Shown piece after piece: positions 24,041 to 32,464 of a stretch of 54,222 nucleotides of DNA (its first letter is position 1; every line of letters starts with the position of its first letter). The notes below the pieces were generated by a model. That model saw only the letters and a program-made list of their open reading frames with translations, did not search any database and was not told the DNA's origin. The stretch lies in the IMG/VR virus record IMGVR_UViG_3300046507_000271, positions 1 through 54,222 of that record. One strand, written 5' to 3'. The DNA is from a virus. A program made the translations under genes and the position numbers.

Positions 24041-25620
24041 GCTTGTTCCGTAGTCCGTTTTTCTACAGCCATGATTGCCACTGCGACGCCGGTTCCCTCG
24101 AACTCGCGCTCGAAGGCGCTCGACCATTCGCACTGCGCGTCAGGGAAGAACTGTTTCCCCCGCATCGAGGCCGGCAGGATTGCGACGAGACGTCCGCCTG
24201 CGGCCAGGATGCTGTATGCATACTCGATGTGCAGCAGGGCGCGGCCGTCCGAAAACGGCGGATTCATCACGATTCGATCGAAGGCGAGCGCGGAAGAGTT
24301 CGATTCTGCCCACCGGATGAAGTCGGCCTGCACGGTCTTGAGTCCCCGAGCGCGCAAGATGTCGCAGTGCAGGGCCGACAGCTCGACGCATGTCGTGCGC
24401 TCAATCGGCAGGAAGGCGGCTAGATCGCCTTGTCCTGCGCTTGGCTCAAGGCACGTGTGTGCGGGGCCGATCTGCGCCATGTCCGCGGCGATTTGCGCCA
24501 GCTTCGGCGGAGTTGGATAGAACTGATATGCCTGCTTGTCAGGAATGCAGCCGCTGACAACGATCTCGCGGATCACGTCATCGGGGCGGTATTCGAAATC
24601 GAAGCCGCCGCCCTTGGTTGGCGTGCCACCGATGGCGCGCAGGATTCGGCAGGCTTCTTGATAGGCCGCATCCTTCGTTGATGCTCCGTAGCCGAAGGTA
24701 AAGACGTTTCCGCCGGCGTGGCGCCGGTTGCGCATGCCATCGTTGAGCAGTTCGAGCGCCGCGAACGGTACTGGCCGCTGCATTTCCGTGTATCGCTTCG
24801 CTTGGCGCTTGGGTTTCTGGCGGAACTGCGGAGGGATTGCCGCCGGATAGAGGCTGTGCAGGAAGAGATTCAGCCGCCACGCCATATCTGGATGGACCTC
24901 CAGGTGGCCGGTCCCGACTTTGTACGTTCGAATGCGCAGAGCCCCACCATCGCAAGAAACCCATTCGCCGCGGTGAGCGCGGCACCGGTTTAACAAGGCA
25001 TCGGTGGCGCTATACGATGGCTGGTCGCGTCCCATAAACTTCGCGATCACATGCCGCAAGTCGTGAATGAGGCCGGCGCGCGCGTGATTCGAGTAGCCGA
25101 AGCTATCGCTCACGTAACTGATAATCATCCGCTTGCCGAACGCCTCGGGCGAGTTGGTGACGTGCTCGCCTGACAGCCCGCGAAAGATGCCGTCGACCTT
25201 TTCGGCCATGAACTGCTGACGCATATTGAGCAAATCCGTCAGGGTTGCGCGCACGGTCTCTTCTGAGAAATCCGGAGTGGAGTGGTCGACGATCGACTTA
25301 TTCCACTCGTCGCGTCGCTTCTGCGGCATGCACTCGAAAACATCCGTTAATCCAAGTGTCTTAGACCAATACGCCGAATTCAGGGCAGCAATAGCGCCAT
25401 TGGGCTCGAAAAGGCCGTCCGCATGGAATCGGCTTTCGCTGCGATTGCCATCCAAGAAATAGTGGATGACGTTCGCGCATTCTTCGCCGTTGACGATTCG
25501 AGCTACATAGTCAATCCGGTCCCGCGCTTGGTTGTATTGCCCGACCAATGAATCGATAAGGTCGGACGAGACGGGGGCGAAGAACTCTGCGGGCTGGTCG
25601 GCGTCGATGACGTCCTTCAT
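24037..25620 (-). CDS. Orphan N6-adenine DNA methyltransferase with a large N-terminal DUF4942-like domain
   Basis: 527 aa. The C-terminal third carries FYPTPP, LEPSAGQGDL (motif I) and VMNPPF (motif IV). No restriction partner is nearby. Confidence 0.75.
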   Translation of the reverse strand: MKDVIDADQPAEFFAPVSSDLIDSLVGQYNQARDRIDYVARIVNGEECANVIHYFLDGNRSESRFHADGLFEPNGAIAALNSAYWSKTLGLTDVFECMPQKRRDEWNKSIVDHSTPDFSEETVRATLTDLLNMRQQFMAEKVDGIFRGLSGEHVTNSPEAFGKRMIISYVSDSFGYSNHARAGLIHDLRHVIAKFMGRDQPSYSATDALLNRCRAHRGEWVSCDGGALRIRTYKVGTGHLEVHPDMAWRLNLFLHSLYPAAIPPQFRQKPKRQAKRYTEMQRPVPFAALELLNDGMRNRRHAGGNVFTFGYGASTKDAAYQEACRILRAIGGTPTKGGGFDFEYRPDDVIREIVVSGCIPDKQAYQFYPTPPKLAQIAADMAQIGPAHTCLEPSAGQGDLAAFLPIERTTCVELSALHCDILRARGLKTVQADFIRWAESNSSALAFDRIVMNPPFSDGRALLHIEYAYSILAAGGRLVAILPASMRGKQFFPDAQCEWSSAFEREFEGTGVAVAIMAVEKRTTEQA

Positions 25621-26003
25621 TCGGCCTTCCCGTATGCCAGGCGAATTGCGTTTGCGGATAATTTCACGTGAACCCCGTTTGAAGTTGTACGCACTCAGGC
25701 GCGTTTTTCACTACGGATATATGCCCAAAGCTCTCGTTTCGCGCGCTCTGCAACGTCATCGCCTGACGTACTCCTAATGCGCTCAACGATGGTTTTCGCT
25801 TTGTCGAACGATCCGCTGCGACCGTCGCGCACCGCGGCCATGAAGCGCTGTCTGCAATCCTGTAAGTGGTCGGCTGTCGTCACTGGATGCAAATGTCGGA
25901 GTAGGCGACAGTTCTGCGAATGAACCACCTGAAGCCGTCGAATCCGTATTCGCTGTAGCTATCGAACTTCAGGCGTAAGTTGGTTCGCATGGCGGATCTC
26001 GAT

Positions 26004-26504
26004 TTAGCGAATATCCAAACGCTGGCCGCGCACAAGGCGGCAGCCCGGCACTTCGAAGCCGTCTTTCAGCGCGGCGGCGATCAACTTCTTGTCGGGCGCC
26101 GGAACCGGCGGCAGTGGATCGGTCTTGTACTCGGCCGGAATCAGGGATTCGTCGTCGATCTGCACCGCAGCCGGTTTGTCGCGAATCGCGAGCTTGAAAA
26201 ACGGCGTGTCGATCTTCGGCACGTTCGCCAATTTCATGCCGTCGAACAGGTATTGCTTGACCGACGTTGCACGGTTCTCCAGCGCATTCGCCCGGTCGAG
26301 CATCGCCTTGGCGTGCGCCTTAATCTGCTCTGCGCTGGCCTCGATGTTCTTGATGACGAAGCCGATGTTCTGCGCCTTCGTCGTCAGGTCTCCGCTGATC
26401 GATTCCAGCGTATCGCGCACGGTCGTTTCGTCCAGATCTAGCTCTACCAGCGTGTCGGCTGCTTCGCGGTACTCGCGGGAGATTTCGAACAGGTTGAGTG
26501 ACAT
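26004..26504 (-). CDS. Gp157-family protein (recombination-module accessory)
   Basis: ATG 26504 with an AAGGAA RBS. MSLNLFEISREYREAADTLVELDLDE...TKAQNIGFVIKNIEA is typical of the siphovirus Gp157 family. Confidence 0.6.
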   Translation of the reverse strand: MSLNLFEISREYREAADTLVELDLDETTVRDTLESISGDLTTKAQNIGFVIKNIEASAEQIKAHAKAMLDRANALENRATSVKQYLFDGMKLANVPKIDTPFFKLAIRDKPAAVQIDDESLIPAEYKTDPLPPVPAPDKKLIAAALKDGFEVPGCRLVRGQRLDIR

Positions 26505-26553
26505 TTCGGTTCCTTTTGTTTGATCTGTGCTGCGGTATCGGTACATGCAGAAA

Positions 26554-26590
26554 GATACCATGACGGTATCCTTAGCGGTCAAATTTTTTT
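26554..26590 (-). promoter_or_regulatory. Operator element, flank type 1
   Basis: Perfect palindrome at 26554-26570. Minus strand reads AAAAAAATTTGACC-GCTAAG-GATACCGTCATGGTATCTT (TTGACC -35-like and TGgTATCTT extended -10-like). Confidence 0.6.
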
Positions 26591-26821
26591 GCGTCGCAGC
26601 CCGCGCCATTCGAAGCCGCCTTCGCGCTCCGCTTCACTGCTCGGCTTGTGCTTGCAGGACTCGGCGCCGCGTGGCGTCTGCGCCGTGTACGACCAGCGCT
26701 TGCCGGTCCAGTAGCTGAACAGGCGAAAGATCGTCTTGCCGTTCGGCTTGCGGCGCACTTCATAGACGCCAATGTGTATCGGCTTGGTGCTCTTGTCGAA
26801 CCAGACTGTGAACTCTTGCAT
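26579..26821 (-). CDS. Hypothetical protein
   Basis: ATG 26821 with an AGGAG RBS. 80 aa (MQEFTVWFDKSTKPIHIGVYEV...). Confidence 0.45.
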   Translation of the reverse strand: MQEFTVWFDKSTKPIHIGVYEVRRKPNGKTIFRLFSYWTGKRWSYTAQTPRGAESCKHKPSSEAEREGGFEWRGLRRKKI

Positions 26822-26879
26822 GGGAGGTCTCCTGGCTGACGCCGGCGCGGGCCGGCGACGCGGTTTTATTGCGCGTACC

Positions 26880-27536
26880 TCAAAAGGGGATGTCGTCCGC
26901 CATCGTGTCGAATCCGCCGAAGTTTTCATCGGCGATGTGGCCGCCGTTGCTCGATGCCGTCGACTTCTTCAGCGGCCGATCCTTCAGGGCGGCGACTAGC
27001 TGCGGCAACTTGGTCGGCGTCGTCTTGCGGTCAAGGATTTCGGATGCCGTCAGTTCGGTGTCGGCCTGAAACACGGCATTCAGGCGAACGCTCCAGCCGG
27101 TCTCGCCAGTCGGCCGCTTGTTCTGATCGCGCTTCTCGTATTCCTCCATTGCGATCAGGATGCCGACGCGCTTGTTCAGCAGTTCCGGGAATTGGCTCAG
27201 CGTCTTGCTGACGTTGGCCGCCGCGTCCTTGTCCCAGACCATCGATGCAACCTGCGCCGGCTTGATGTCCTTAACACCGAGGCACGTCATCAGTGCCATC
27301 AGCGTCCCGAAGTCGCCGAGTTTTTCTCCATCCGACTTGATCGTGTAGATCGAGAAGTTCGCTTTCTGGCCGTCGTCGGTCTCGAACGTGAATGCGATGC
27401 CGCGTGTGCCGCTTGCCGCGGTGATGTCCTCGGCGCGCGTGAACTTGCCGACATACTTGCCTTTTTCGTCGATGAAGCTCGTCCGTTGCTCGGCCTTGCG
27501 TGCTGCTTGCGCGGACTCGTTGTTCAGTGCGTACAT
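26880..27536 (-). CDS. SSB-like single-strand DNA-binding protein (DUF669 type) with an acidic DDIPF tail
   Basis: 218 aa. The C-terminus FGGFDTMADDIPF is the SSB protein-interaction tail. Sits next to the Sak4-like ATPase. Confidence 0.6.
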   Translation of the reverse strand: MYALNNESAQAARKAEQRTSFIDEKGKYVGKFTRAEDITAASGTRGIAFTFETDDGQKANFSIYTIKSDGEKLGDFGTLMALMTCLGVKDIKPAQVASMVWDKDAAANVSKTLSQFPELLNKRVGILIAMEEYEKRDQNKRPTGETGWSVRLNAVFQADTELTASEILDRKTTPTKLPQLVAALKDRPLKKSTASSNGGHIADENFGGFDTMADDIPF

Positions 27537-27560
27537 GGTGCGTTTTCCTGTGGTTGCTTG

Positions 27561-28211
27561 TTAGGCCGTAGCCGTGAGGGAGTAATACTCGGTGATAGCC
27601 GCGTCGACAGCCGCCAGGTCATTCGGGATCGTGTCATCCTCGAATAGACCCATCGGCGACTTGCATGTATTGCGGCCGTTGTTTTGCGTGATGAACCGAT
27701 AGTCACGGTCCATCACATCGGTTTGCAGGACGATCGTCACCATGCCTTCAAGGCAAATTTTGTCGTCCAGCATTTTTCCGATGCTTTTCATCTTCGTAGT
27801 CCCGTCGTCGCTTTTCTCTGTGTGCGACAGGACGTAGACGCGCACATCGTCGGGCAGGGCAGTCGCCGCGTTCAGAATGTCCCACGCGTGCCGGCCAATC
27901 TCGGTGAACTTCTCGTACCCCTTCTCGTCGCTCCGTCGCATGAATTCCGACGACATCACATACTGAAAGTCGTCGAGCACGATCACCTTGCGCTGCGTTC
28001 GCGTCATGTACTTGATGATGCTGTCCGATTGATCGCAGACGATCACGTTTCCACGCGGCGTGTCCTTGGACAGATAGCCCCATCCCGCCGATCGGAAAGG
28101 CAATGGCTTCTTAAGAGCCTGTATCAAAAGGGTCGACGAAGGATCGAGATTGCGCATTGACGTGCTCTTTCCGGTGCCCGATGCTCCGAGAATGAAGGTT
28201 ACGATTGCCAT
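27561..28211 (-). CDS. Sak4-like RecA-fold ATPase (single-strand annealing / recombination)
   Basis: Walker A GASGTGKST at the N-terminus. Walker B VIVLDDF. 216 aa. Sits in the module with SSB and Gp157. Confidence 0.65.
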   Translation of the reverse strand: MAIVTFILGASGTGKSTSMRNLDPSSTLLIQALKKPLPFRSAGWGYLSKDTPRGNVIVCDQSDSIIKYMTRTQRKVIVLDDFQYVMSSEFMRRSDEKGYEKFTEIGRHAWDILNAATALPDDVRVYVLSHTEKSDDGTTKMKSIGKMLDDKICLEGMVTIVLQTDVMDRDYRFITQNNGRNTCKSPMGLFEDDTIPNDLAAVDAAITEYYSLTATA

Positions 28212-28380
28212 TTGCTTCTCCTGTTCGTTCAGTTCGTTCGTTCAGTTCAATTTGTTGCTGCTCTTCAAGCTCGGCTTGCCACTGCCAGCCGTCGTCGTCA
28301 TAGCTCATTGCCACGCTCCGATGTTCTGCGCCGCGCACCATGCGCCATATCCAAGGCACAAGGCCAGCGCAACTAGCCAA

Positions 28381-28791
28381 TCAAGCGCGGGCTTCATTAG
28401 CTATCTCGTCAATCTCAGTGCGCAGCACATTGGCGCGCTTCATGAGTAATGCGAGCCAGCCATCGGCCGCCGCGTCTGGGTACAGCGTTTCGTATCGCTG
28501 CCATTCGTCCGTTAGCTCGCGCAGTAGCGCGTAGACGTCGGGAAACTTCGTGGCTATGCGGATCTGTCGATCAAGCGTTACAAGCGTGATCACGTCCGCA
28601 ATGTATTGGTCGCCAGCGTTTCGCAGATCGGCAAGTGCCACGTCCTTCGGGACTTGCGTCACTGCGTTAACGCTAGCTTCTACGGTATCGGTGCAGTTCA
28701 AATTTTTTTCGCCGACGCCGGACTGGCGCGGGTGAAACGCCGACGTGGCCCGTAATAATAACGCCTTTTGTAGCTTGGTTACCGTGTTCAT
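28381..28791 (-). CDS. Hypothetical protein (start uncertain)
   Basis: 136-aa ORF. ATG 28791 preceded by AACGGAAG. Codons ~28-41 are encoded by the type-1 DNA element. Confidence 0.4.
   Translation of the reverse strand: MNTVTKLQKALLLRATSAFHPRQSGVGEKNLNCTDTVEASVNAVTQVPKDVALADLRNAGDQYIADVITLVTLDRQIRIATKFPDVYALLRELTDEWQRYETLYPDAAADGWLALLMKRANVLRTEIDEIANEARA
28673..28709 (-). promoter_or_regulatory. Operator element, flank type 1 (half-palindrome)
   Basis: acggtatcggtgcagttcaaattttttt. GTATC at 28685-28689. The partner half is degenerate (ctagc). Confidence 0.45.
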
Positions 28792-28843
28792 GGTCTAATC
28801 TTCCGTTCGTGGTTTTGGTTTGTGTTTTGTGCTGCTGAGATGA

Positions 28844-28872
28844 AGGATACTAAAACGGTATCCGTCTTGCAA
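28844..28872 (-). promoter_or_regulatory. Sigma70-like promoter with embedded operator palindrome (type 2)
   Basis: Minus strand reads TTGCAA, a 17-bp spacer, then TATCCT. Perfect palindrome at 28846-28862. Confidence 0.6.
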
Positions 28873-28904
28873 GTGTTTTCGCTAAGATTTTCGTGCGCTC
28901 GCGC

Positions 28905-29240
28905 TCAGTACGGCCGGATATTCGACCAGTGGTCGCTATCGTCGTATGGGCCGCCGTCGAAAATGTCAGCGTCGCGCCAGTCGCCTTCGACAAACATTTC
29001 TGTCTCACTCATGTGGATGCCGGAAAGTGACACCATCTTCGTGCGCACGATCAACTCCAGATCGTGAACCGGCGGCGGCGCTGCATCGTTCTCGCGCCAC
29101 ACGAGTTTATCTAGTTGCTGCTGCACTGATACGCTGCGCGTGCCGTGATTGTCGCCAGGCTTGCTATTCGGGCAGCAATAGAAGTCACCATGCGGACCTT
29201 TTCGTATCATGGCTTTCGCTCCACAGGTTGCACACTTCAT
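28905..29240 (-). CDS. Zinc-ribbon protein
   Basis: ATGA-coupled ATG 29240. MKCATCGAKAMIRKGPHGDFYCCPN. Confidence 0.45.
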   Translation of the reverse strand: MKCATCGAKAMIRKGPHGDFYCCPNSKPGDNHGTRSVSVQQQLDKLVWRENDAAPPPVHDLELIVRTKMVSLSGIHMSETEMFVEGDWRDADIFDGGPYDDSDHWSNIRPY

Positions 29241-29467
29241 GCCGCCTCCTTCAATTCGCGGATAGCCTCCGCGCAACGCAGCCGTTCATTGGCGGCATCG
29301 ATCCAGCCGTTCTGCTTCACGCAATCGACTCCGCGCGTGATATGGTTCGCCGCTTCTTCAAGCGCATTTGCGCGCACTTCGGCTGCAAATGATTTGAGGT
29401 CGATGCTCCATTCCTCGTATCGTGCGAAGTGCTTGAGCGCGAGCTTGGCGAGTTGTTCGTCTGTCAT
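29237..29467 (-). CDS. Hypothetical protein
   Basis: 76-aa helical ORF within the operon. Confidence 0.4.
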   Translation of the reverse strand: MTDEQLAKLALKHFARYEEWSIDLKSFAAEVRANALEEAANHITRGVDCVKQNGWIDAANERLRCAEAIRELKEAA

Positions 29468-29468
29468 C

Positions 29469-29657
29469 TCAATGCACCCCCGTTACATGAAACGTGCGAT
29501 GCGTCTGGCCGGCGATCTGCACGGATGCTTGCAGGGCGGCTGCCGATTCCAGGCAGCGTGCGGCGATCTCGTGCGCGGGGCTATCGTGCAGCGCGTCAGC
29601 AGCAGCCTTCAGCGCGGCGATTGCGTCGATCACCTTGTCTGAACTAACTTGCATCAT
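29469..29657 (-). CDS. Hypothetical protein (MMQ paralog 1)
   Basis: 62 aa. The start region GAGGTGAATGATGCAA is identical to that of 30297..30506. Confidence 0.4.
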   Translation of the reverse strand: MMQVSSDKVIDAIAALKAAADALHDSPAHEIAARCLESAAALQASVQIAGQTHRTFHVTGVH

Positions 29658-29920
29658 TCACCTCGGGCGCGAAGCATTGCATCGGCCATCTTGAAGGCAT
29701 GCTGAGCGATCCGGTCATACGCTTCCGGTATATCGTGAAGGTGGCTTTGTGGCATAGGTACTGCCGCCATCGCCTTCGCCGCGAAATAGTCACGCATCGT
29801 GAGGCCGCCGAATTGCCAAGTGTCGTACCCGTCTTGGTGTCCGTATGCACTTTCGTTAGGCGCGCCAGCTTCACGAGTACTTACTGGAAATGCCGGCCCA
29901 CCATCTTTGATCTTGGTCAT
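29654..29920 (-). CDS. Hypothetical protein
   Basis: ATGA-coupled ATG 29920. 88 aa. Confidence 0.4.
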   Translation of the reverse strand: MTKIKDGGPAFPVSTREAGAPNESAYGHQDGYDTWQFGGLTMRDYFAAKAMAAVPMPQSHLHDIPEAYDRIAQHAFKMADAMLRARGE

Positions 29921-30300
29921 GCTTGGCTCCCGGTGGCTTTGGCGACGATGGCCTGAAGGTCTTCGCACACAATCTGTTCTCCCCACGAGTTATCGCGCGT
30001 GGAAAGAAACTTGATAGTCTCGATCGCTTCTTTTAGCGCTTCGAGCAGTTCCGGGGCGGCGGCCCGTAGGTAAGCATCGGCAAGTTGCCGCTCGTTTGCG
30101 GCGATTGCCTTATCAGCGTCGTCCATGCGGAACCCTCGCGCCGTCATGACGTCATTGATCGTTTTGTGGCTCGTGCTGTAGGCGTAGCGATGTTCGCTGG
30201 CGACAATCTCGCCAGCCTCGTTGACGATCTCGACATGGAACGGCCATTTTTCCGGCTGGCGCACGAACAGCGGCCCCGGCGTATGCTTTATCTCGCTCAT
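29917..30300 (-). CDS. Hypothetical protein
   Basis: 127-aa ORF, ATGA-coupled. Confidence 0.45.
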   Translation of the reverse strand: MSEIKHTPGPLFVRQPEKWPFHVEIVNEAGEIVASEHRYAYSTSHKTINDVMTARGFRMDDADKAIAANERQLADAYLRAAAPELLEALKEAIETIKFLSTRDNSWGEQIVCEDLQAIVAKATGSQA

Positions 30301-30506
30301 TGCACACCTCCCACCGGCAGCGAAATTGCTGCGCCCGATACGTCAATCGGCGCGCGCCCGATGCGCACTTCGAGATCAATAGCCGCGATAATGCATCCAG
30401 CGGCGGCTCGACCGCGCTGCTCAGGCGTCCCGCTTCGAATGGCATCTGCCGCTTCGTTCATTGCCTTGATGGCGCCGAGAACGTATTGAAGATCAATTTG
30501 CATCAT
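30297..30506 (-). CDS. Hypothetical protein (MMQ paralog 2)
   Basis: 69 aa. Shares its start region and the N-terminal pattern MMQ...AI.A...AADA with 29469..29657. Confidence 0.4.
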   Translation of the reverse strand: MMQIDLQYVLGAIKAMNEAADAIRSGTPEQRGRAAAGCIIAAIDLEVRIGRAPIDVSGAAISLPVGGVQ

Positions 30507-30802
30507 TCACCTCCAGCCAGACGGCGCTTAACGATGACTTCCTTCGCATCGGTAAGCAGCGTGTGAATCGTGTGCAGGTCGTCTTTTTCACCGCGCGCCA
30601 GTGCCTGCATGAATTCCTCGCGCTGCACGCTGTTCAGCTCGACCAGTAGTTCCATCAGGTCGTCGAACGTGACTTCGCGCTCGATCTGTTCGCGGCGGTC
30701 GTGTGCGGCGAGTGCTGCGTTGTCGGCCGCTTCCAGATCGCGGTCGAACAGCCAATTGCCGTAGGCTTGCGTGCGGGAAACTAACTGCGGTACGTGGCTC
30801 AT
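30503..30802 (-). CDS. Hypothetical protein
   Basis: 99 aa. ATG preceded by AAGGACGGAAATC. Confidence 0.4.
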   Translation of the reverse strand: MSHVPQLVSRTQAYGNWLFDRDLEAADNAALAAHDRREQIEREVTFDDLMELLVELNSVQREEFMQALARGEKDDLHTIHTLLTDAKEVIVKRRLAGGE

Positions 30803-30911
30803 GATTTCCGTCCTTTTTGTTTGTCTGCGCGATCCGGCTCCGCCGGGGCTGGTGCTTCTACTGCGGTGCTATTCGCACTAGCTTGGCTCCGGGCCAAGAT
30901 GGTGAGAACAG

Positions 30912-31112
30912 TTATGCGACGCGACTCCAGCCATACGGCGAGAAGTCCACGTAGCAGTCATAGCGCCAGTACTGGACACCGTCGACCGTGCAAAACTCCT
31001 TGCCGCTGGTCTTCGAGTCTTCCGATTGCTCCCAGCGGTATTCCGAACGATCCTTCTCTCCGATCAGATATTCGTCACGCCACTGAACCCCGGTACGCTT
31101 GATTGCGGGCAT
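30912..31112 (-). CDS. Hypothetical small protein
   Basis: Internal ATG 31112 preceded by AAGGGGAAGGAA. 66 aa. Confidence 0.4.
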   Translation of the reverse strand: MPAIKRTGVQWRDEYLIGEKDRSEYRWEQSEDSKTSGKEFCTVDGVQYWRYDCYVDFSPYGWSRVA

Positions 31113-31156
31113 TTCCTTCCCCTTGTTGCCGCGGTGAGCTGCGGCGGGTTTGAGAG

Positions 31157-31270
31157 TTAGGCGGCCGGGAAGAACTGGTCGACCAGGTAACAATCCCAAC
31201 GAAGGCCATCTACTACAAATGCGGCCCAAGCGTCAGAGAAGTTGCCGATGTCGTTTCCAAAGTCGTCCAT
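31157..31270 (-). CDS. Hypothetical 37-aa protein
   Basis: ATG 31270 preceded by AACGGAAAGGGG. First ORF after the promoter at 31329-31357. Confidence 0.3.
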   Translation of the reverse strand: MDDFGNDIGNFSDAWAAFVVDGLRWDCYLVDQFFPAA

Positions 31271-31328
31271 GTCATTCCCCTTTCCGTTGTTTGCTGAAGA
31301 ATACTGCGGCGGTGTGTCGATGGGTTGA

Positions 31329-31357
31329 ACGATACCGTAACAGTATCCGTAACGCAA
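31329..31357 (-). promoter_or_regulatory. Sigma70-like promoter with embedded operator palindrome (type 2)
   Basis: Minus strand reads TTGCGT, a 17-bp spacer, then TATCGT. Perfect palindrome at 31331-31347. Confidence 0.6.
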
Positions 31358-31366
31358 GCGAAAAAA

Positions 31367-31873
31367 TTATGCGTGTCGCGAAAATTCACGGTGGAGGGAA
31401 TTTCGCGCTTCTCGAATTGCGCGTTCGGCGTCGTCTACGGTCTTGAAGTAGCCTATATGGATAATCTTCCCGTCCACAGATATTCGCGCCCTCAGTCCTT
31501 GCTTCGCTGCCGACACGCCTTTGATGCCGCTAGTGTTGTCGCTTCTTTTTTTCCGGTTGTAGGCGTTTTCGTTTGGGCTAGCCATTCGCAAGTTCGCGAT
31601 TCTGTTGTCAAGCGGGTTTCCGTTGATATGATCGATCATCCGGTCGGGCATTTCTCCATAGACTAGTAGCCATGCTAGTCTGTGGGCCAAATAACGGTTC
31701 GCTCCCACTCTGATGCACCAATACCCAGAATTGTTTATGCCACCGGCTGTCGTTCCACGGTGATTCTTGTGTGTGCTCTTTTTTCTCGTAAACACGCCCG
31801 TCTCTGGATCGTAGTCTAGGATTTCTGCAACGTATTCTCGGGTCAGCGTCGGGTTATATGTCACACTGTTCAT
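31367..31873 (-). CDS. HNH homing endonuclease with a C-terminal AP2-type DNA-binding domain
   Basis: GYWCIRVGANRYLAHRLAWLLVYGEMPDRMIDHINGNPLDNRIANLRMASPNEN (HNH). SGIKGVSAAKQGLRARISVDGKIIHIGYFKTVDDAERA (AP2-like). Low GC by eye. Confidence 0.8.
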   Translation of the reverse strand: MNSVTYNPTLTREYVAEILDYDPETGVFTRKKSTHKNHRGTTAGGINNSGYWCIRVGANRYLAHRLAWLLVYGEMPDRMIDHINGNPLDNRIANLRMASPNENAYNRKKRSDNTSGIKGVSAAKQGLRARISVDGKIIHIGYFKTVDDAERAIREARNSLHREFSRHA

Positions 31874-32453
31874 CCCTTGGAACCCACCCTCGGCGAGCGA
31901 ATGCTGGCTGCAACTTCTCGTGTACCGATGTGCGTAATTTCGCGATCACCGGGGCTACCTTGGCTGCTGTTCGGGCTACAGTCTGTGGATGAATAGCGAA
32001 TTCGCGCGCAATGCGATTTAGGCTCCAGCAATACGACTCGCCGAAAACGAACTCACGCGCGATCAGGGCGCGGACCACAGACCGATTGCGGTGCGCTCCT
32101 TCGAGTAGGCATACAAGCCGCTCAACGCCTGCGTGACGCTCTCCGCGCTCACCGCCATAGGTGGCATCCAGCAGGGCGCGCTGATCGAGCGAGAGGTGCG
32201 ATTCGATGACATCGTGCACGTATTGCGCCTGTGCTTTCTTCTCGTGCACAGACAGGAGCAGGGCGGCGCCATCCGGCCCGGTGTATTCGCCAATCTGCCC
32301 GATCTTGACGCCGGGCCGCGCGCGCCAGGTGTAGGCAAAGGACAATGCCGCCTCCATCGAGCGGAACATCGGCGCGCGACTGTCGTCTTCCGGCTTAGGA
32401 GTGCGAAGGGTGAGGCGACCAAGTGAGCTTTCGTGTGCGGTGCATACTTGCAT
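31854..32453 (-). CDS. Putative transcription regulator with a C-terminal HTH (sigma region-4-like)
   Basis: ATG 32453 with an AAGGA RBS. LSLDQRALLDATYGG... and WSLNRIAREFAIHPQTVARTAAKV. Confidence 0.45.
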   Translation of the reverse strand: MQVCTAHESSLGRLTLRTPKPEDDSRAPMFRSMEAALSFAYTWRARPGVKIGQIGEYTGPDGAALLLSVHEKKAQAQYVHDVIESHLSLDQRALLDATYGGERGERHAGVERLVCLLEGAHRNRSVVRALIAREFVFGESYCWSLNRIAREFAIHPQTVARTAAKVAPVIAKLRTSVHEKLQPAFARRGWVPRDEQCDI

Positions 32454-32464
32454 ATCGGTCCTTG

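Noticed and set aside
25621-26003. Small minus-strand ORFs (25695..25928 and a 36-codon ORF 25880..25990) between Gp157 and the methyltransferase
   Set aside because: Their starts lack convincing RBSs and no motif is recognisable. The region is left unannotated.
28111-28380. 89-aa minus-strand ORF between 28381..28791 and the Sak4-like gene
   Set aside because: Its 3' 100 nt overlap the Sak4-like gene, whose Walker A sits at its very N-terminus and so fixes its start at 28211. Only a short acidic peptide (from ATG 28308) might be real, and I cannot support it.
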